Positions 1 to 11,618 are shown, numbered from the whole stretch's first letter. The stretch: DNA of 62,872 bases, filler included, from Aduncisulcus paluster (GCA_024181965.1; 3 parts of 3 records of this genome joined end to end with filler, not necessarily neighbours in it); one strand, 5' to 3'. Program-made: numbers and translations. The notes: generated by a model not told the origin, from the sequence alone.

Positions 1-478
1 CCAGTCTGACCTTCTCAGCCCTCTCATGATCCTTCTTGCCAGGTGCCAATGAGAGTAACATTTGGGCCAGATCAGAAGCTGTCTTGAAATTCTTTGCTTT
101 GTAGTGTTTCATCATAGCCGCCTTCACACACAAAATACGGTGATTCTTCTGAAGAGGGAGCAAGGCAGAATAACTTGACAACCGTAACATGACCTCGGCA
201 CTCAGATCAGCAATTTGTCTGATAAGGGCTTGGATATACATGGCGACTGTATATAATTTGATGGCAGAAATATACTCTTGACATTTCTGAAGGACTCCAA
301 CCTCTCCAAGAGGCTTTTCTCCTTTATCTTTCTCTGCAGACACATACTCTCGGGAAGCAAGAACAAACATACAGCGTTTGAGAGCAACAGAGAAAACTTC
401 ATGAATATCCTTGAATTTGCCCTTTGTAAAACGTTGTTGGAGAGTGTTCACTGATTCCTCAAGACTGTAGAATAAATT
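1..478 (-). CDS. Coatomer alpha (COPI alpha) C-terminal domain-like reading frame; 5' part unclear or degenerate, 3' end off window
   Basis: Not in the ORF track. Own translation: NLFYSLEESVNTLQQRFTKGKF...LQKCQEYISAIKL...MLRLSSYSALLPLQKNHRILCVKAAMMKHYKAKNFKTASDLAQMLLSL. This resembles the alpha-COP CTD (GKF, CREY, AAYFTH-LQP-H, KNFKTAA motifs). An in-frame TAG lies at 479-481. Confidence 0.65.
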
Positions 479-816
479 CTACCAACTATACTCCGAGGCC
501 TGCCTACATCTTACGAATAAAATGATCATTAACAGGGCCACTGAGTGGAGGCCAAGTGGGTTCATCGCCGACAAGTGGGGAGAGAGGTATACATCATTGA
601 TCTGAATCCAAATGACAGGTAATGCTTGGTGGAGGAGTACCGAAACAGGATAGAGAAGGGGAAGATTGTTCCACCGATCTTCACCCCCTGTGAAGTCATG
701 ATAATCTTCGGAGGATTGATTTCCACTGGCATATTGTCGACAAACATCATTTAATAAATTAATTTAATCTTGATTCCCAGTTCTCCAGGACAAGAAAAAT
801 AATCAAAGACAACCGT

Positions 817-1582
817 TTCAATGTTAATAGTTCGAGATTGAGAACGCAGTAATATTGGTAGCATTGTTTAATGAAAAACGGATATAAACGCGATTGAAGT
901 TAAAGATAAGATTATTGAAATTGAGATTAATTATAGTATTTTAAATATTATATATTGCACTGTCACCGAAATATTGACAGGATTCACCCGTGACACAGAC
1001 TTCACATGATGTTCGATTATTATTTGGTTTCCATCCTTCAGGACATGGTTGAGGATATTCAACATAATTCGGACACACAAAACCATCAGGACATGTGATA
1101 CAAGTGTTCGAACCCGATGGAGAGAACTCTCCTGGGGCGCAAATTGTTCTCGATGTTGTATCACATGAATAACCAGCTGGACACACAATNNNNNNNNNNN
1201 NNNNNNNNNTTCAATGTTAATAGTTCGAGATTGAGAACGCAGTAATATTGGTAGCATTGTTTAATGAAAAACGGATATAAACGCGATTGAAGTTAAAGAT
1301 AAGATTATTGAAATTGAGATTAATTATAGTATTTTAAATATTATATATTGCACTGTCACCGAAATATTGACAGGATTCACCCGTGACACAGACTTCACAT
1401 GATGTTCGATTATTATTTGGTTTCCATCCTTCAGGACATGGTTGAGGATATTCAACATAATTCGGACACACAAAACCATCAGGACATGTGATACAAGTGT
1501 TCGAACCCGATGGAGAGAACTCTCCTGTGGCGCAAATTGTTCTCGATGTTGTATCACATGAATAACCAGCTGGACACACAAT
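817..1582. repeat. Gap-flanking duplication (817-1189 = 1210-1582) around a 20-N gap; scaffolding artefact
   Basis: 393-nt offset direct copy. One substitution seen (APGEF vs ATGEF). Confidence 0.9.
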
Positions 1583-3205
1583 ACACGTTGTCGACCCAGC
1601 CACACTGTAGGTTCCATCGGGACAATCAATGCTTGTGCCGTAATGAACGTCACAGAAATCACCAGCAGGACACGGCCAACAGACTTCGGACCCCAGAGGA
1701 GAATAGTATCCTTCATCACAACGAGTAATGTAGGCCGGATCCGTACAGTCAAAACCAACAGGGCAGTCAAGACAAGCAGCGGAACTGGTCTGGCGTGGGA
1801 GGAGATTATACGTCCCAGAATTACAAGTGATATACCAACCATCCCCACCATCACAATATGTTCCTGCGGGACAATCAATGGGCACAATAGTACCGGTCCC
1901 AGGACAGTAATATCCAGCTGGACACGATTGGCATCCACTATCATCAACATCTGAATACGTACCAGATGAGCAGGCCACAGGAGTAATATGGTTGGTACAT
2001 TGGTATCCAGCTGGACATGTCATACATTCGGAGGCTCCATCGTCAGGCGCATATGTATTTGTTGGGCATGTAGAACACGACGAATCTCCAAAATTGCTAT
2101 ATTCTCCAGCATCACAAAGTTTAAGACCCGATGCAGCAGTGTCTCTCTCGTATCCAGCTGGAATAGGATGACAATACATCTCTCCTAGCGGAGAAAACTC
2201 GCCAGAAGCACATGCAGTTCGTGAAGAAAATGTGCAGGAGTAATGGAGAGAGCAATCATTGCAATAAGTTCGACCTGATGATGTTTGATATTCTCCTCGA
2301 TCGCATTGAGTACAAGAAGTTGCCCCGCTAGATGCACTGTACGACCCAGCAGGGCAAGCAACCTCATTGGTTCCATCACACCAATATCCCGCAGAACACA
2401 AAGTACAATTGGCAGAGTGGAGATTAGAAGTGTGATATCCAGCAGAACATTTGTTAATATTTGTCCCATCACAGGCAAAACCAAGTGGACAATCATAACA
2501 CTGCGTACATCCATCAACAGGAGCATAATATCCAGCATCACAGGATGTACAGGAAGAAGCATTTGAACTGCTTGATGTACCAGAAGAACATATCGTTGGA
2601 GTGTAGGTCGTGAAAGATGGGCATTGGAATCCAGCTGGGCAGTTATGGCATGAGGAATCTCCCTCATCAGAGTAACTCCCTTTGCCACAATTTCCACTAA
2701 TTGCACTAACAGAACAATACTGGCCACCTGGACAAACAGTACACGATGTAGAACCGGCAGTACTGAAATATCCATCATCACACGAGACACAAGTGTCAGA
2801 AGACGTGGCTCCTGAAGTATTGGAATAAGTTCCAGCAGGACAGTCCTCACAGGTGCTGGCAGCATCGCCACTATAAGTACCAGCTGAGCATGTATCACAA
2901 GTGGTGGCACCATCGCTATCACTGTATGTCCCAGCGGAACAATCAGTACAGCCAGTAGCTCCATAGATATTATTGTATGTACCGGCTAAACAGTTAGTGC
3001 ATGAACTAGCAGTACCTTCACTGTATGTTCCAGGTGAACATTGTGTTTGGACTGAAGAATTTTTGGGGCAATAGTATCCAGGATCACAGGGATACTCACC
3101 AACTCCATCACAATAATATCCAGCGGTACACGCAATAGAGAGAGCACTTTCGATAAAATATAAAGAAAATATGATAATGTATGTAAAAAAAATAATATAA
3201 TTCAT
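1334..3205 (-). CDS. Secreted cysteine-rich protein with ephrin-receptor-like/GCC2-GCC3 type repeats (623 aa)
   Basis: N-terminal hydrophobic signal peptide. Many CxxCPAGxYC / CxxGxYS repeats. No C-terminal TM. Confidence 0.9.
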   Translation of the reverse strand: MNYIIFFTYIIIFSLYFIESALSIACTAGYYCDGVGEYPCDPGYYCPKNSSVQTQCSPGTYSEGTASSCTNCLAGTYNNIYGATGCTDCSAGTYSDSDGATTCDTCSAGTYSGDAASTCEDCPAGTYSNTSGATSSDTCVSCDDGYFSTAGSTSCTVCPGGQYCSVSAISGNCGKGSYSDEGDSSCHNCPAGFQCPSFTTYTPTICSSGTSSSSNASSCTSCDAGYYAPVDGCTQCYDCPLGFACDGTNINKCSAGYHTSNLHSANCTLCSAGYWCDGTNEVACPAGSYSASSGATSCTQCDRGEYQTSSGRTYCNDCSLHYSCTFSSRTACASGEFSPLGEMYCHPIPAGYERDTAASGLKLCDAGEYSNFGDSSCSTCPTNTYAPDDGASECMTCPAGYQCTNHITPVACSSGTYSDVDDSGCQSCPAGYYCPGTGTIVPIDCPAGTYCDGGDGWYITCNSGTYNLLPRQTSSAACLDCPVGFDCTDPAYITRCDEGYYSPLGSEVCWPCPAGDFCDVHYGTSIDCPDGTYSVAGSTTCIVCPAGYSCDTTSRTICATGEFSPSGSNTCITCPDGFVCPNYVEYPQPCPEGWKPNNNRTSCEVCVTGESCQYFGDSAIYNI

Positions 3206-3576
3206 TTCATTCCGTCACCAAAGATGACCCTGACATTCAGATTATCTGATTGATCAATCGAAGGCTGTTTATCCCAAATTCATTTAAAATTCCAAGAATT
3301 AGGATATTATAATATATTTTTAAGTTTTTTATATATTCTAGAAATGGCGATTTCCCTCTGTAGAATCGAGAACCCATGTTTGACCCGCTTCCATCCCATT
3401 AAATTGGGCAACAATGGAAAATATTGCGATAAAGGATCGTCTTATTTATACTATTTGCATCTTAAGTTTTCCTCTTTACCTGAGAACCCCAGGGTTCAAC
3501 TCCTTCTCCTCAAATTCGATAAATATTTAAATAAAAGGCTCTTTTCTGTTTTATTTGTGCTGTTTTACTAAAATGC

Positions 3577-4270
3577 CCCGATTAAATTGCGTATCTATTT
3601 GGGAATCTAGGTTACCATGAAATGTTTGTTATTTGTCTGTTCACCGAAATGTTTGGAGAACTTCGCTTTGGTAGTGGTGCTAGAGCTGGTGAAATACTTC
3701 AAATCCCAGTTGGTGCTGTATGTATAAAGTGTAAATCCCCTCTTGTTTATCCTGATCTTGAACCTTACAATTTACTTATTTTTTTTTGATATTTTTATTG
3801 GTTTTAATATTACCTATCCATTTTATTTCAATATTGCAATTCTGATAGACCACAATAATTGGTAGAGATCCTGATAAAGCCGATTTGGCAATTTCAGATC
3901 GTTCCTTAAGCAGNNNNNNNNNNNNNNNNNNNNCCCGATTAAATTGCGTATCTATTTGGGAATCTAGGTTACCATGAAATGTTTGTTATTTGTCTGTTCA
4001 CCGAAATGTTTGGAGAACTTCGCTTTGGTAGTGGTGCTAGAGCTGGTGAAATACTTCAAATCCCAGTTGGTGCTGTATGTATAAAGTGTAAATCCCCTCT
4101 TGTTTATCCTGATCTTGAACCTTACAATTTACTTATTTTTTTTTGATATTTTTATTGGTTTTAATATTACCTATCCATTTTATTTCAATATTGCAATTCT
4201 GATAGACCACAATAATTGGTAGAGATCCTGATAAAGCCGATTTGGCAATTTCAGATCGTTCCTTAAGCAG
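3577..4270. repeat. Gap-flanking duplication (3577-3913 = 3934-4270); artefact duplicating exon 1 and the intron of the cyclase gene
   Basis: 357-nt offset direct copy around 20 N. Confidence 0.9.
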
Positions 4271-7200
4271 GACCCATTTTGCTATCAAATTAAATGAATC
4301 CGATAAGACAGCAATGGTCAAAGATTTAAAATCGGCCAATGGAACCATTGTTGACGAAATTAAACTCAAGCCGAAAGAGTGGACTCCTCTTGCTAATGGT
4401 GGAATAATTGTAGCTGGTCGTTGTCGTCTCTCATTTCAATTTAAAAAGCATCCTCTTAAGAAAAGTGCTGAATCTTCTGTAATTTTGGGTTTTTCCGATA
4501 TAGAAATGGGAATTCCTGGTACCTCATCATTTACATCATCAATGCATGAACATTTACGTACTTTTCGAGAGAAAATGCTTCCACTTATTCATCAGGCAAG
4601 CTCTTCGCAGCGTACAACTGAGGGAGACAAATCAAAGAAATCATCTCGAGAAATATCCTATTCAACAACTCCAAAACAACATCGTCCCGCATCTAATATT
4701 ATAATTAAAAAGTGTCCCGAAGGCCATAACAGCATTCCGATGCTCTGTGCTTCATCTGCCATCTCTGAGATCACTTCATTATCTGCTAAAACGAGAGAAA
4801 AACAACAAGTTGCCATGGATATGTCCGTTAAAGTATTTTTACAATCCGTTGTAGATGTTGATGGTGTTCTTTTCTCAGCTTGTGAAGGCCATGGTCCAAG
4901 CAATGCCACGTGGAGTTTCGACTTTATGAGCCAGTTTGCTGTTCAAAAGAGTTATAGGACAAAAGTGAGATACGTTGGTATATTTCTTGATAAACAGGGG
5001 TGTAAAGACATGGGAATCTTGCAAACTCCCCAACTATTTCCAACTTCTGGAGTTCCTGGTGAATTCGCTTCTGTAGGTGTTGGAGGTGCATTTGGCTTTG
5101 GTCAAGGCATCCTTCCTGAGACGCCAGGGTTTGGAGATCTATCGAGAGAACGTCTTTTGGGTGATGTAGCATTTCCTCCCGATATTCTCTTCAATACAAA
5201 CGATATCATTCGTTTAGGATACATTCCACCCCGAGGTGACAAACCAGCACTCTCATTTTTCATGTCCCTTACTATATTACGACACCTTCTTGACAAACGT
5301 CTGATATATGTTAGTGGGGCCAACCCATCTGTCGAGGGAAACGATCATCGAGGATGGATGAGTGATTCCACCCTTGAAGGATTGCCCAAGGTTCGTTTGG
5401 TTGGATTTCACTGTGTTGCTGTTGTTTTAGCCAGTGAAAAGAAAATTTCGGAGGGTGTCGTTGTTGCCTTTCGAAAAGCTCAAAGTCCAGCAATTCCCAT
5501 TTTCCGTTTTGGTTCCGTTGACATCGTTGGTCTTACTGGTGTGGCCAGACAGTTTATTATTGCCGTTTGGAATCGGTTAATGAACGCTGAACAAGAGAAG
5601 CAGAAAAAGATCGCACAAGATATTTGTGTTTTCTTACCAAAAGTAATTGCTGACGAACTCATGAATGGTTCTTTGGCGAAACGTCTTGGGGGTCAGAAGA
5701 TTGAATCTTCTTCAATTTTATTTGCCGATATTGTTGGTTTCACTCGACTTTCTGAGAGTCTCCAGCCTGAAAATATTATCTCCCTCGTTAATGCTTGGTT
5801 CCAAGCTCTTTTACCCGCCGTTATCAGTGAGGTTGGAGTTGTCGATAAGCTTCTTGGAGATTGTATCATGGCACTATGGGGTGTTCCTTTCCCAACACTC
5901 GAGAGTGCTGCCTCAGCCATCCGTAGTGGTCTCCAGCTCCAGAATAGGGCATTTGAGTTTTCTGTGGAACACCCTGGAACTCCGATGTTACGCCTCGGGG
6001 TTGGAATCAATACTGGAAGCGTTGTTGCAGGGAATGTTGGTTGTTCCGAGAGTCGTCTTGATTATACCGTCATTGGAGACACCGTGAACACTGCAAGTAG
6101 GATTGAAAGCAATGCTCCATCTGGTATGGTTCTTGTGAGTGCGACAACACTGTGGCTGGGTGGAATGCAACTTGAATTGCGCAAGAAGAAGAAAGGAAAG
6201 ATAGCCTATAGGAAAAATTACTTGGCTTCTGTGGCGAAGGAGAAAGAAAGGATGGAGAAGGAGCGTCTAGAGCTTGAACGTCTTGAAAGAGATTCCATCG
6301 CTGGAGGAAGTACAGCTGGATCTGCAGGTCCTGGTGCCAGTGGGGTTGGATATGATAATCCTGGAACATCTTCTCACCAATCTCCTGGCGTAATTAGCGA
6401 GACAATTACCCATTCGACTCCTGGAAGTAGCTCTGGTACAAACTCTGAAACTACTACAATCTGTGTGAGGCATAGCAAGAAGGACACGAATTCTCTGATG
6501 ATGCTTTCAGACTTTAAAAAAGCCACAAGTATATATGAGGCTCATCATTTACAAATACCCACGACTGCCAATGTTGACAAACTTGGGAAGAAGAGTGTCA
6601 TACTGATTGCTCTTTTCACTCGTCGTCATGGTGTTTCTCTTGCAGAAAATGAATCCGGTTCCAGAATCCGTGGACCTGATTTCTACACTGATCTATATGC
6701 GGGTTGGGTCTTTTCAGACGGTTGTTCTTGGGCTGCGCAGGGATTACCATCGGATTGTTGCATTGTTAAGAGTGGAAAGCGTACCTTTGTCGTATTCCCA
6801 TTCATGGAAGGATCATCTGTATATTCCGATCATTACAGTGAGTTTGCTAGTATCCTTGAGTCTGTTAGGGAGAAGGTGGATGACGAAAGCAATGATACTT
6901 CGTGTAGAGGTGATGGGGCTCCATTTCCCTTGAGTGAGAGTGAAGAAAGTGGAACCATGGGGTTGCTTTCAGGACATTACAGCCCTGATTCCACCACTTC
7001 TGTTCGACGCCCTGCTTCCGCCCTTGGTCTCTCTAGTACTTCATGTGGTGGTGCCGGTGGCTGTGGATCATCTGTTAGCGCTGGATCCAAAGGAGGTTTT
7101 GCTGGAAATATGCGTGATATGACCATTGAAAGAACGGATTATCTCAAGCGTCTGTCGCCATCCTCAATGATCATTCCCTCCAGAGAGGAATGTGCAAAGA

Positions 7201-8198
7201 TTCCACCACCTCCCCTTGCTGTTGTTAAGAGAGTAACCTCATCCAATGTGACCCATTTCCCGACGTGTCACATTCCCGATAGTGTTTTGCAATGGGCTGT
7301 GACCAGAACAAACTTCATTTTCTCGAACGCTGACACCTTTCAGAAGGAAGGAAAACTTCTTTGTGACGCCTTACGGACATTGTCTCCGAGGCATGGTTGC
7401 AGTGAAGATGAAAGTGCAATTTCTGAGGAGAGTGAGCTTTTCTTAAGTGAATCGTTCAAGGGAAAGATAAAGTGGATCTTTGATCACTGCACTTTGCCAC
7501 AAGGAGTTGGAGTCAGTTCCGGGAGTCTAATTTCAGCCATTAAAATGCCCCCGTTATTTTTGAAAGGGAAGAAGAAAGGTTTCGAATCCTTCTCAATTCG
7601 TGCCATTCGTGATCGAGAGAGCAATAATATGGTATTATCCATTCCTGCTATGTGTGGGGATAACCCTGTTTTGTTAATAATGAAGCTTGCAAATGGAGCT
7701 TTTGTTGTGTTGTCTCCGTTGAAACACAACATGCTTTCTATGTCATCTCTTGACATATCTATCCCTGAAATGGGTGGTGGAGTGATTCGCGTAAGTGTTA
7801 GGTATGCCCTTGAAGGCACTGATGCCCTCAAAGAGGCTCATGTGAGTCGAGACGTTATGAATCTCCTTGATCATTCGAGGTTATCTGTCAAGAATATGAA
7901 AACTCTATTCCAAACAATTGATAATTTAAAACATTATTTCACAATCTTCAAGAAACCAGAAATGGGAACCATTCCAAGATACCAAGAAGAACTAACCAGG
8001 AAAGGAGTGTATCGGTGGAGGGATACACGTTCTGAGAAAGGAAGAGTCGAGGTTCCTGTGCTTGAGGAGAGTGTTCCATCATATCGGTCAACCGTATTCC
8101 TATCCGATCCAACGTTGGGTGGGTTGCTTCCCGATCTTGGAGAAGTGAGATCTGTGTCATTCACAACTGCCACGTGGCAAGATATGAAGAGAGGGTGA
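4006..8198 (+). CDS. FHA + degenerate GAF + class III adenylate cyclase; exons 4006-4074 and 4206-8198
   Basis: Intron GTATGT(4075)...TAG(4205) gives MFGELRFGSGARAGEILQIPVGA|TTIIGRDPDKADLAISDRSLSRTHF...DLKSANGT (FHA GR, SRxH, NGT). Cyclase motifs ILFADIVGFT, VDKLLGDCIMALWG, GINTG, DYTVIGDTVNTASRIES. Confidence 0.9.
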
Positions 8199-8690
8199 AT
8201 CGTGATTGAGTTTTCAAATTTTAGTTATATCTCAAGGATTTAAGAATTGTTTGAGATCTTTTTCTTATTGTCCAAGTGTTTTTTTTGTCATCTATATTTT
8301 ATCAAAGTGATACTCATTTTATACTGAATCATGTGATTCTGAATGTTCCTAATGGCTTTGGGAATGATTTAATTCCTATTTCTTGATAGTCATTTATTTT
8401 GAATTTCGAAAAAGCGATCTATTCATTGCTATATCCTATTTCTAGCAAGAGAAGCAATGATTCGCCTTGAAATCGTCGAATAACCTTGTTAATAATACAT
8501 CAATGTATATCCATATTTTATTTATCGACTCATTATATTCTAGAGTAAAGTATTTACTGCCTACTAAGCATTCTGATATCTCTTCTTCAAAACCGTTTTG
8601 AAAGAGTGACTCTTGAAGTTCGGAACTTCTTGTTGAACAAACTACCTTTTCTGCACGAATTGTTTATATTTTCGCTACATAATTTCTTTA

Positions 8691-9716
8691 ATGGACACAT
8701 GTATTCCTAATATAATCATTCCATCGACTATTATTGGATTTATTTTCCTGTTAGCTGGAACCGTTGTGCTGATAGTCGCAAAACCAGTTACGAATAGTTT
8801 TTTTGATAACGTAGATTCTTTTATGGCCTCAATTGAGGATGTTTCATCATCCTCTTCCTTCTCTAGGTTCAAAAATTCTCTTGCTACAATGAGCATGACT
8901 CTTAACTTCAATGGCACAACATTCTCTCTTGATATCAATGATTTTACTGCTTATAGCGATGAACCATGTGGTGTTGATGAGGATGATATGGCAGCCCTTG
9001 AAGAAAGAGGTATTTCTAGCTCTGATATGGATTCATTTTTTTACAGATATTCTCCTTTAACAAGCTCTGATATTTCAAGTGTTTCTGGACTCGACTTTTA
9101 CGCCGATATTGAGTTGTTTGAAGACAGTACGTCCAATTTATCAATATCAAAGGAGTTTGTGAATAGTGACTTAACAGATACCGATCAAGATTTTGAATGC
9201 CAGGACTATGAACGTGCGTGTTCTTCTGGTATATTTCGATCATCTAAATGTCTCTCTGTATCATATGCAAAAGCTCTTAATATTGGAATCACTCCCACGT
9301 ATCCGAATACTTATGATGTCAATGACGATGATGTTACCTTTGCCAACTGGTACTACTATTCCGACGAGTCATTTAGTTGCTCTTCGGTTGATTATCTTCC
9401 AGTAAGTTCCCTTTCTTTAAATATTTATGATATTACTACCTATTGTGGGGTTTATCAGGCCAATTATGGTGGAGATCTCGGAAAGGATTGGTCTAATTTT
9501 ATTACGATTGGCATTATCTTGTTTATTATTGGGGGATGTTGTGGTGGTATCGTTATTATTTCAGGCCTAATTAGTTGTTGTGATGTTGAAAGCGGCTGCT
9601 CCAGTTCGTGTTCAAGTATCTTCTATTCTTGCAAAACTAGTCATGAGAGGAAAAAAACTCAACGTGAGGAAGAAAGAAAGAAACGGGAAGAAGAAAGGAA
9701 AAAAAGGGCTGAGTAG
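8691..9716 (+). CDS. Membrane protein with N-terminal and C-terminal TM helices, large luminal domain and charged tail (341 aa)
   Basis: ORF with two hydrophobic segments. Ends in TAG followed by coding-like sequence. Confidence 0.8.
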   Translation: MDTCIPNIIIPSTIIGFIFLLAGTVVLIVAKPVTNSFFDNVDSFMASIEDVSSSSSFSRFKNSLATMSMTLNFNGTTFSLDINDFTAYSDEPCGVDEDDMAALEERGISSSDMDSFFYRYSPLTSSDISSVSGLDFYADIELFEDSTSNLSISKEFVNSDLTDTDQDFECQDYERACSSGIFRSSKCLSVSYAKALNIGITPTYPNTYDVNDDDVTFANWYYYSDESFSCSSVDYLPVSSLSLNIYDITTYCGVYQANYGGDLGKDWSNFITIGIILFIIGGCCGGIVIISGLISCCDVESGCSSSCSSIFYSCKTSHERKKTQREEERKKREEERKKRAE

Positions 9717-10058
9717 AGTGCAATGCGTTCATCCACCTACCAACCGGAATCAGAGTTGGGAGTCAAAGAATTGATCTTGAAGATAGGTCCCACTCTCCTC
9801 TTAATCAACCTTCCTCACAACCCATACAGCCTCTCCCTGATGAAGTTGTTGCCCAGGGTGATCAGGATGAAAGTGGTCAAACATTCATTCCTGTGAGTGT
9901 CGTTCTTGCCAGAATGCAGGCTGGGGAAATAATATAAGTAACTTATTAAGTTATATGCACAGTCTGCCTGCAACTTATTATTGATCTATAACAATAACGT
10001 GTATTTTACTTCTGATTTTTTTATCGATTTCATAATTAGCACAGTCTATTTTAGGTCA

Positions 10059-11618
10059 TCATTTTGCCGTGAAAATGTCCGATACCTGTGTTTCCGGGAT
10101 AGATTCAGAGTAGAGAGCAAGAGGTATTAAAAATCTATTGAATTCTTCAACGTCAAAACACACACCACATTCAAAATTATTCCCATATGAGCTTGCACTA
10201 ATCCCCCAAGCTGCCGCAGACAAATTAGCACTTCCACAGTAAATTACTGGAATCGAAGAGTTCCCAAGTTCAAAGAGATATAGTTTAAAATGAGGGAGAT
10301 ATTCAAGAACATATGTTGGGAAAGGCAATTGATACCGGCGAAGTTTAAGCCTTGATACTGGACTTCTAAAATTGAAGAAGTGGCATCCATCGGGCATAAA
10401 AGGTCGTCTGAGTGGGGTCAATAGGAACTCTTCCTCGAGGGAGAGTTTCATTGAACTAACACCCAGTGATGGAAGTGAGGAGACAGTACTGGAAGTCTCT
10501 CTCTTGGAAACAAGACCAGGTCTAGAACCTCCAATGACGCCAGCAGCATCTGGAGAAGTAGGCCTGGAACATCTTATAGCAATTTGCACACGGCCAGACT
10601 GCGAAGGAGGTGAAGAAGACACTGAAGAAGAGGGTTTGGATACAGAAACACGATTGGCTCTTTTCTTTTTTAATTCAGCAATTTCTTTTATCCATTCATC
10701 TTGAGCAGTCTCTGTCAGGATATCTTTTTTCATGGGAACATAACAATGAGCCGATTGGACGGACATGGATGACAAAATTTTATCGATGGAAGGAGAAATA
10801 TAAACAGATGACACACATATGTGGACATTGCTGAATAACGATGAATGCATGTGAAGTGTTTGGAGGAATTCATCATGTTCTGTCCGCCCTTTCTTTCTGA
10901 AAAAGTCTCGATATGTCACAATGGCCTTTTGGATGGAATCAAGTCCTCGTTTCTTGCCAGGGGTGCTAATAACAAGATGGCCATGCATACTTGATAGATT
11001 ATAAGATGATAACAAAGATGCAACGCCACTCAAAAAGGGAGAAGAAGCTAAATCATGTGTTGGAAGAGCTGCTCTAAAATGATCTAACAAATTCACATAT
11101 AGGGAACTAGAACGAGCAGAAGATTCTTCTGATGATGAAGAAGTTTGAGAAAAATCTTGAATCCACATAGCTTGTTTGAGTGAAACCCAATCCATGGAAG
11201 TACAATTTGCTGAACCGATTACAATACGAATAAAAGATTTAAAAGCAATAAAAATGATTTTTGAATGAAAAAGACTACTAGAAATTGCCTTAAAAACTTT
11301 GATAGCACTGGAAATATGGGGTAGATTAATCGTAGTATTTCCATCAGGAAGAAGAGCTACACCGTGTTTGGAATCGCACAAAACATTAATATCTGCTCCA
11401 TTTTCAAAAATTTTCGATTTTTGGGTGATTTTAACAAGAAATTCCGGCTCAAAGGTGAATGATGTATAGAGGAGGTATCTAATCTTTTCAAGAGTTTTAA
11501 TCCGTGGAGATCCATAATTTGACAAAATTAAATCCGAAAATCTCAGTGAATGAGGCAAGATTTCCTTGCTCTCAACCATATTGAAATACAATTTTTTCCC
11601 AGTGAAATATGGTGGCAT
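10059..11618 (-). CDS. TDP1: Tyrosyl-DNA phosphodiesterase 1-like (PLD superfamily)
   Basis: Two HxK...N motifs: FHSKIIF...IRIVIGSAN..MDW and LPHFKLY...YCGSANLSAAAWG...NFECGV. Confidence 0.85.
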   Translation of the reverse strand: MPPYFTGKKLYFNMVESKEILPHSLRFSDLILSNYGSPRIKTLEKIRYLLYTSFTFEPEFLVKITQKSKIFENGADINVLCDSKHGVALLPDGNTTINLPHISSAIKVFKAISSSLFHSKIIFIAFKSFIRIVIGSANCTSMDWVSLKQAMWIQDFSQTSSSSEESSARSSSLYVNLLDHFRAALPTHDLASSPFLSGVASLLSSYNLSSMHGHLVISTPGKKRGLDSIQKAIVTYRDFFRKKGRTEHDEFLQTLHMHSSLFSNVHICVSSVYISPSIDKILSSMSVQSAHCYVPMKKDILTETAQDEWIKEIAELKKKRANRVSVSKPSSSVSSSPPSQSGRVQIAIRCSRPTSPDAAGVIGGSRPGLVSKRETSSTVSSLPSLGVSSMKLSLEEEFLLTPLRRPFMPDGCHFFNFRSPVSRLKLRRYQLPFPTYVLEYLPHFKLYLFELGNSSIPVIYCGSANLSAAAWGISASSYGNNFECGVCFDVEEFNRFLIPLALYSESIPETQVSDIFTAK

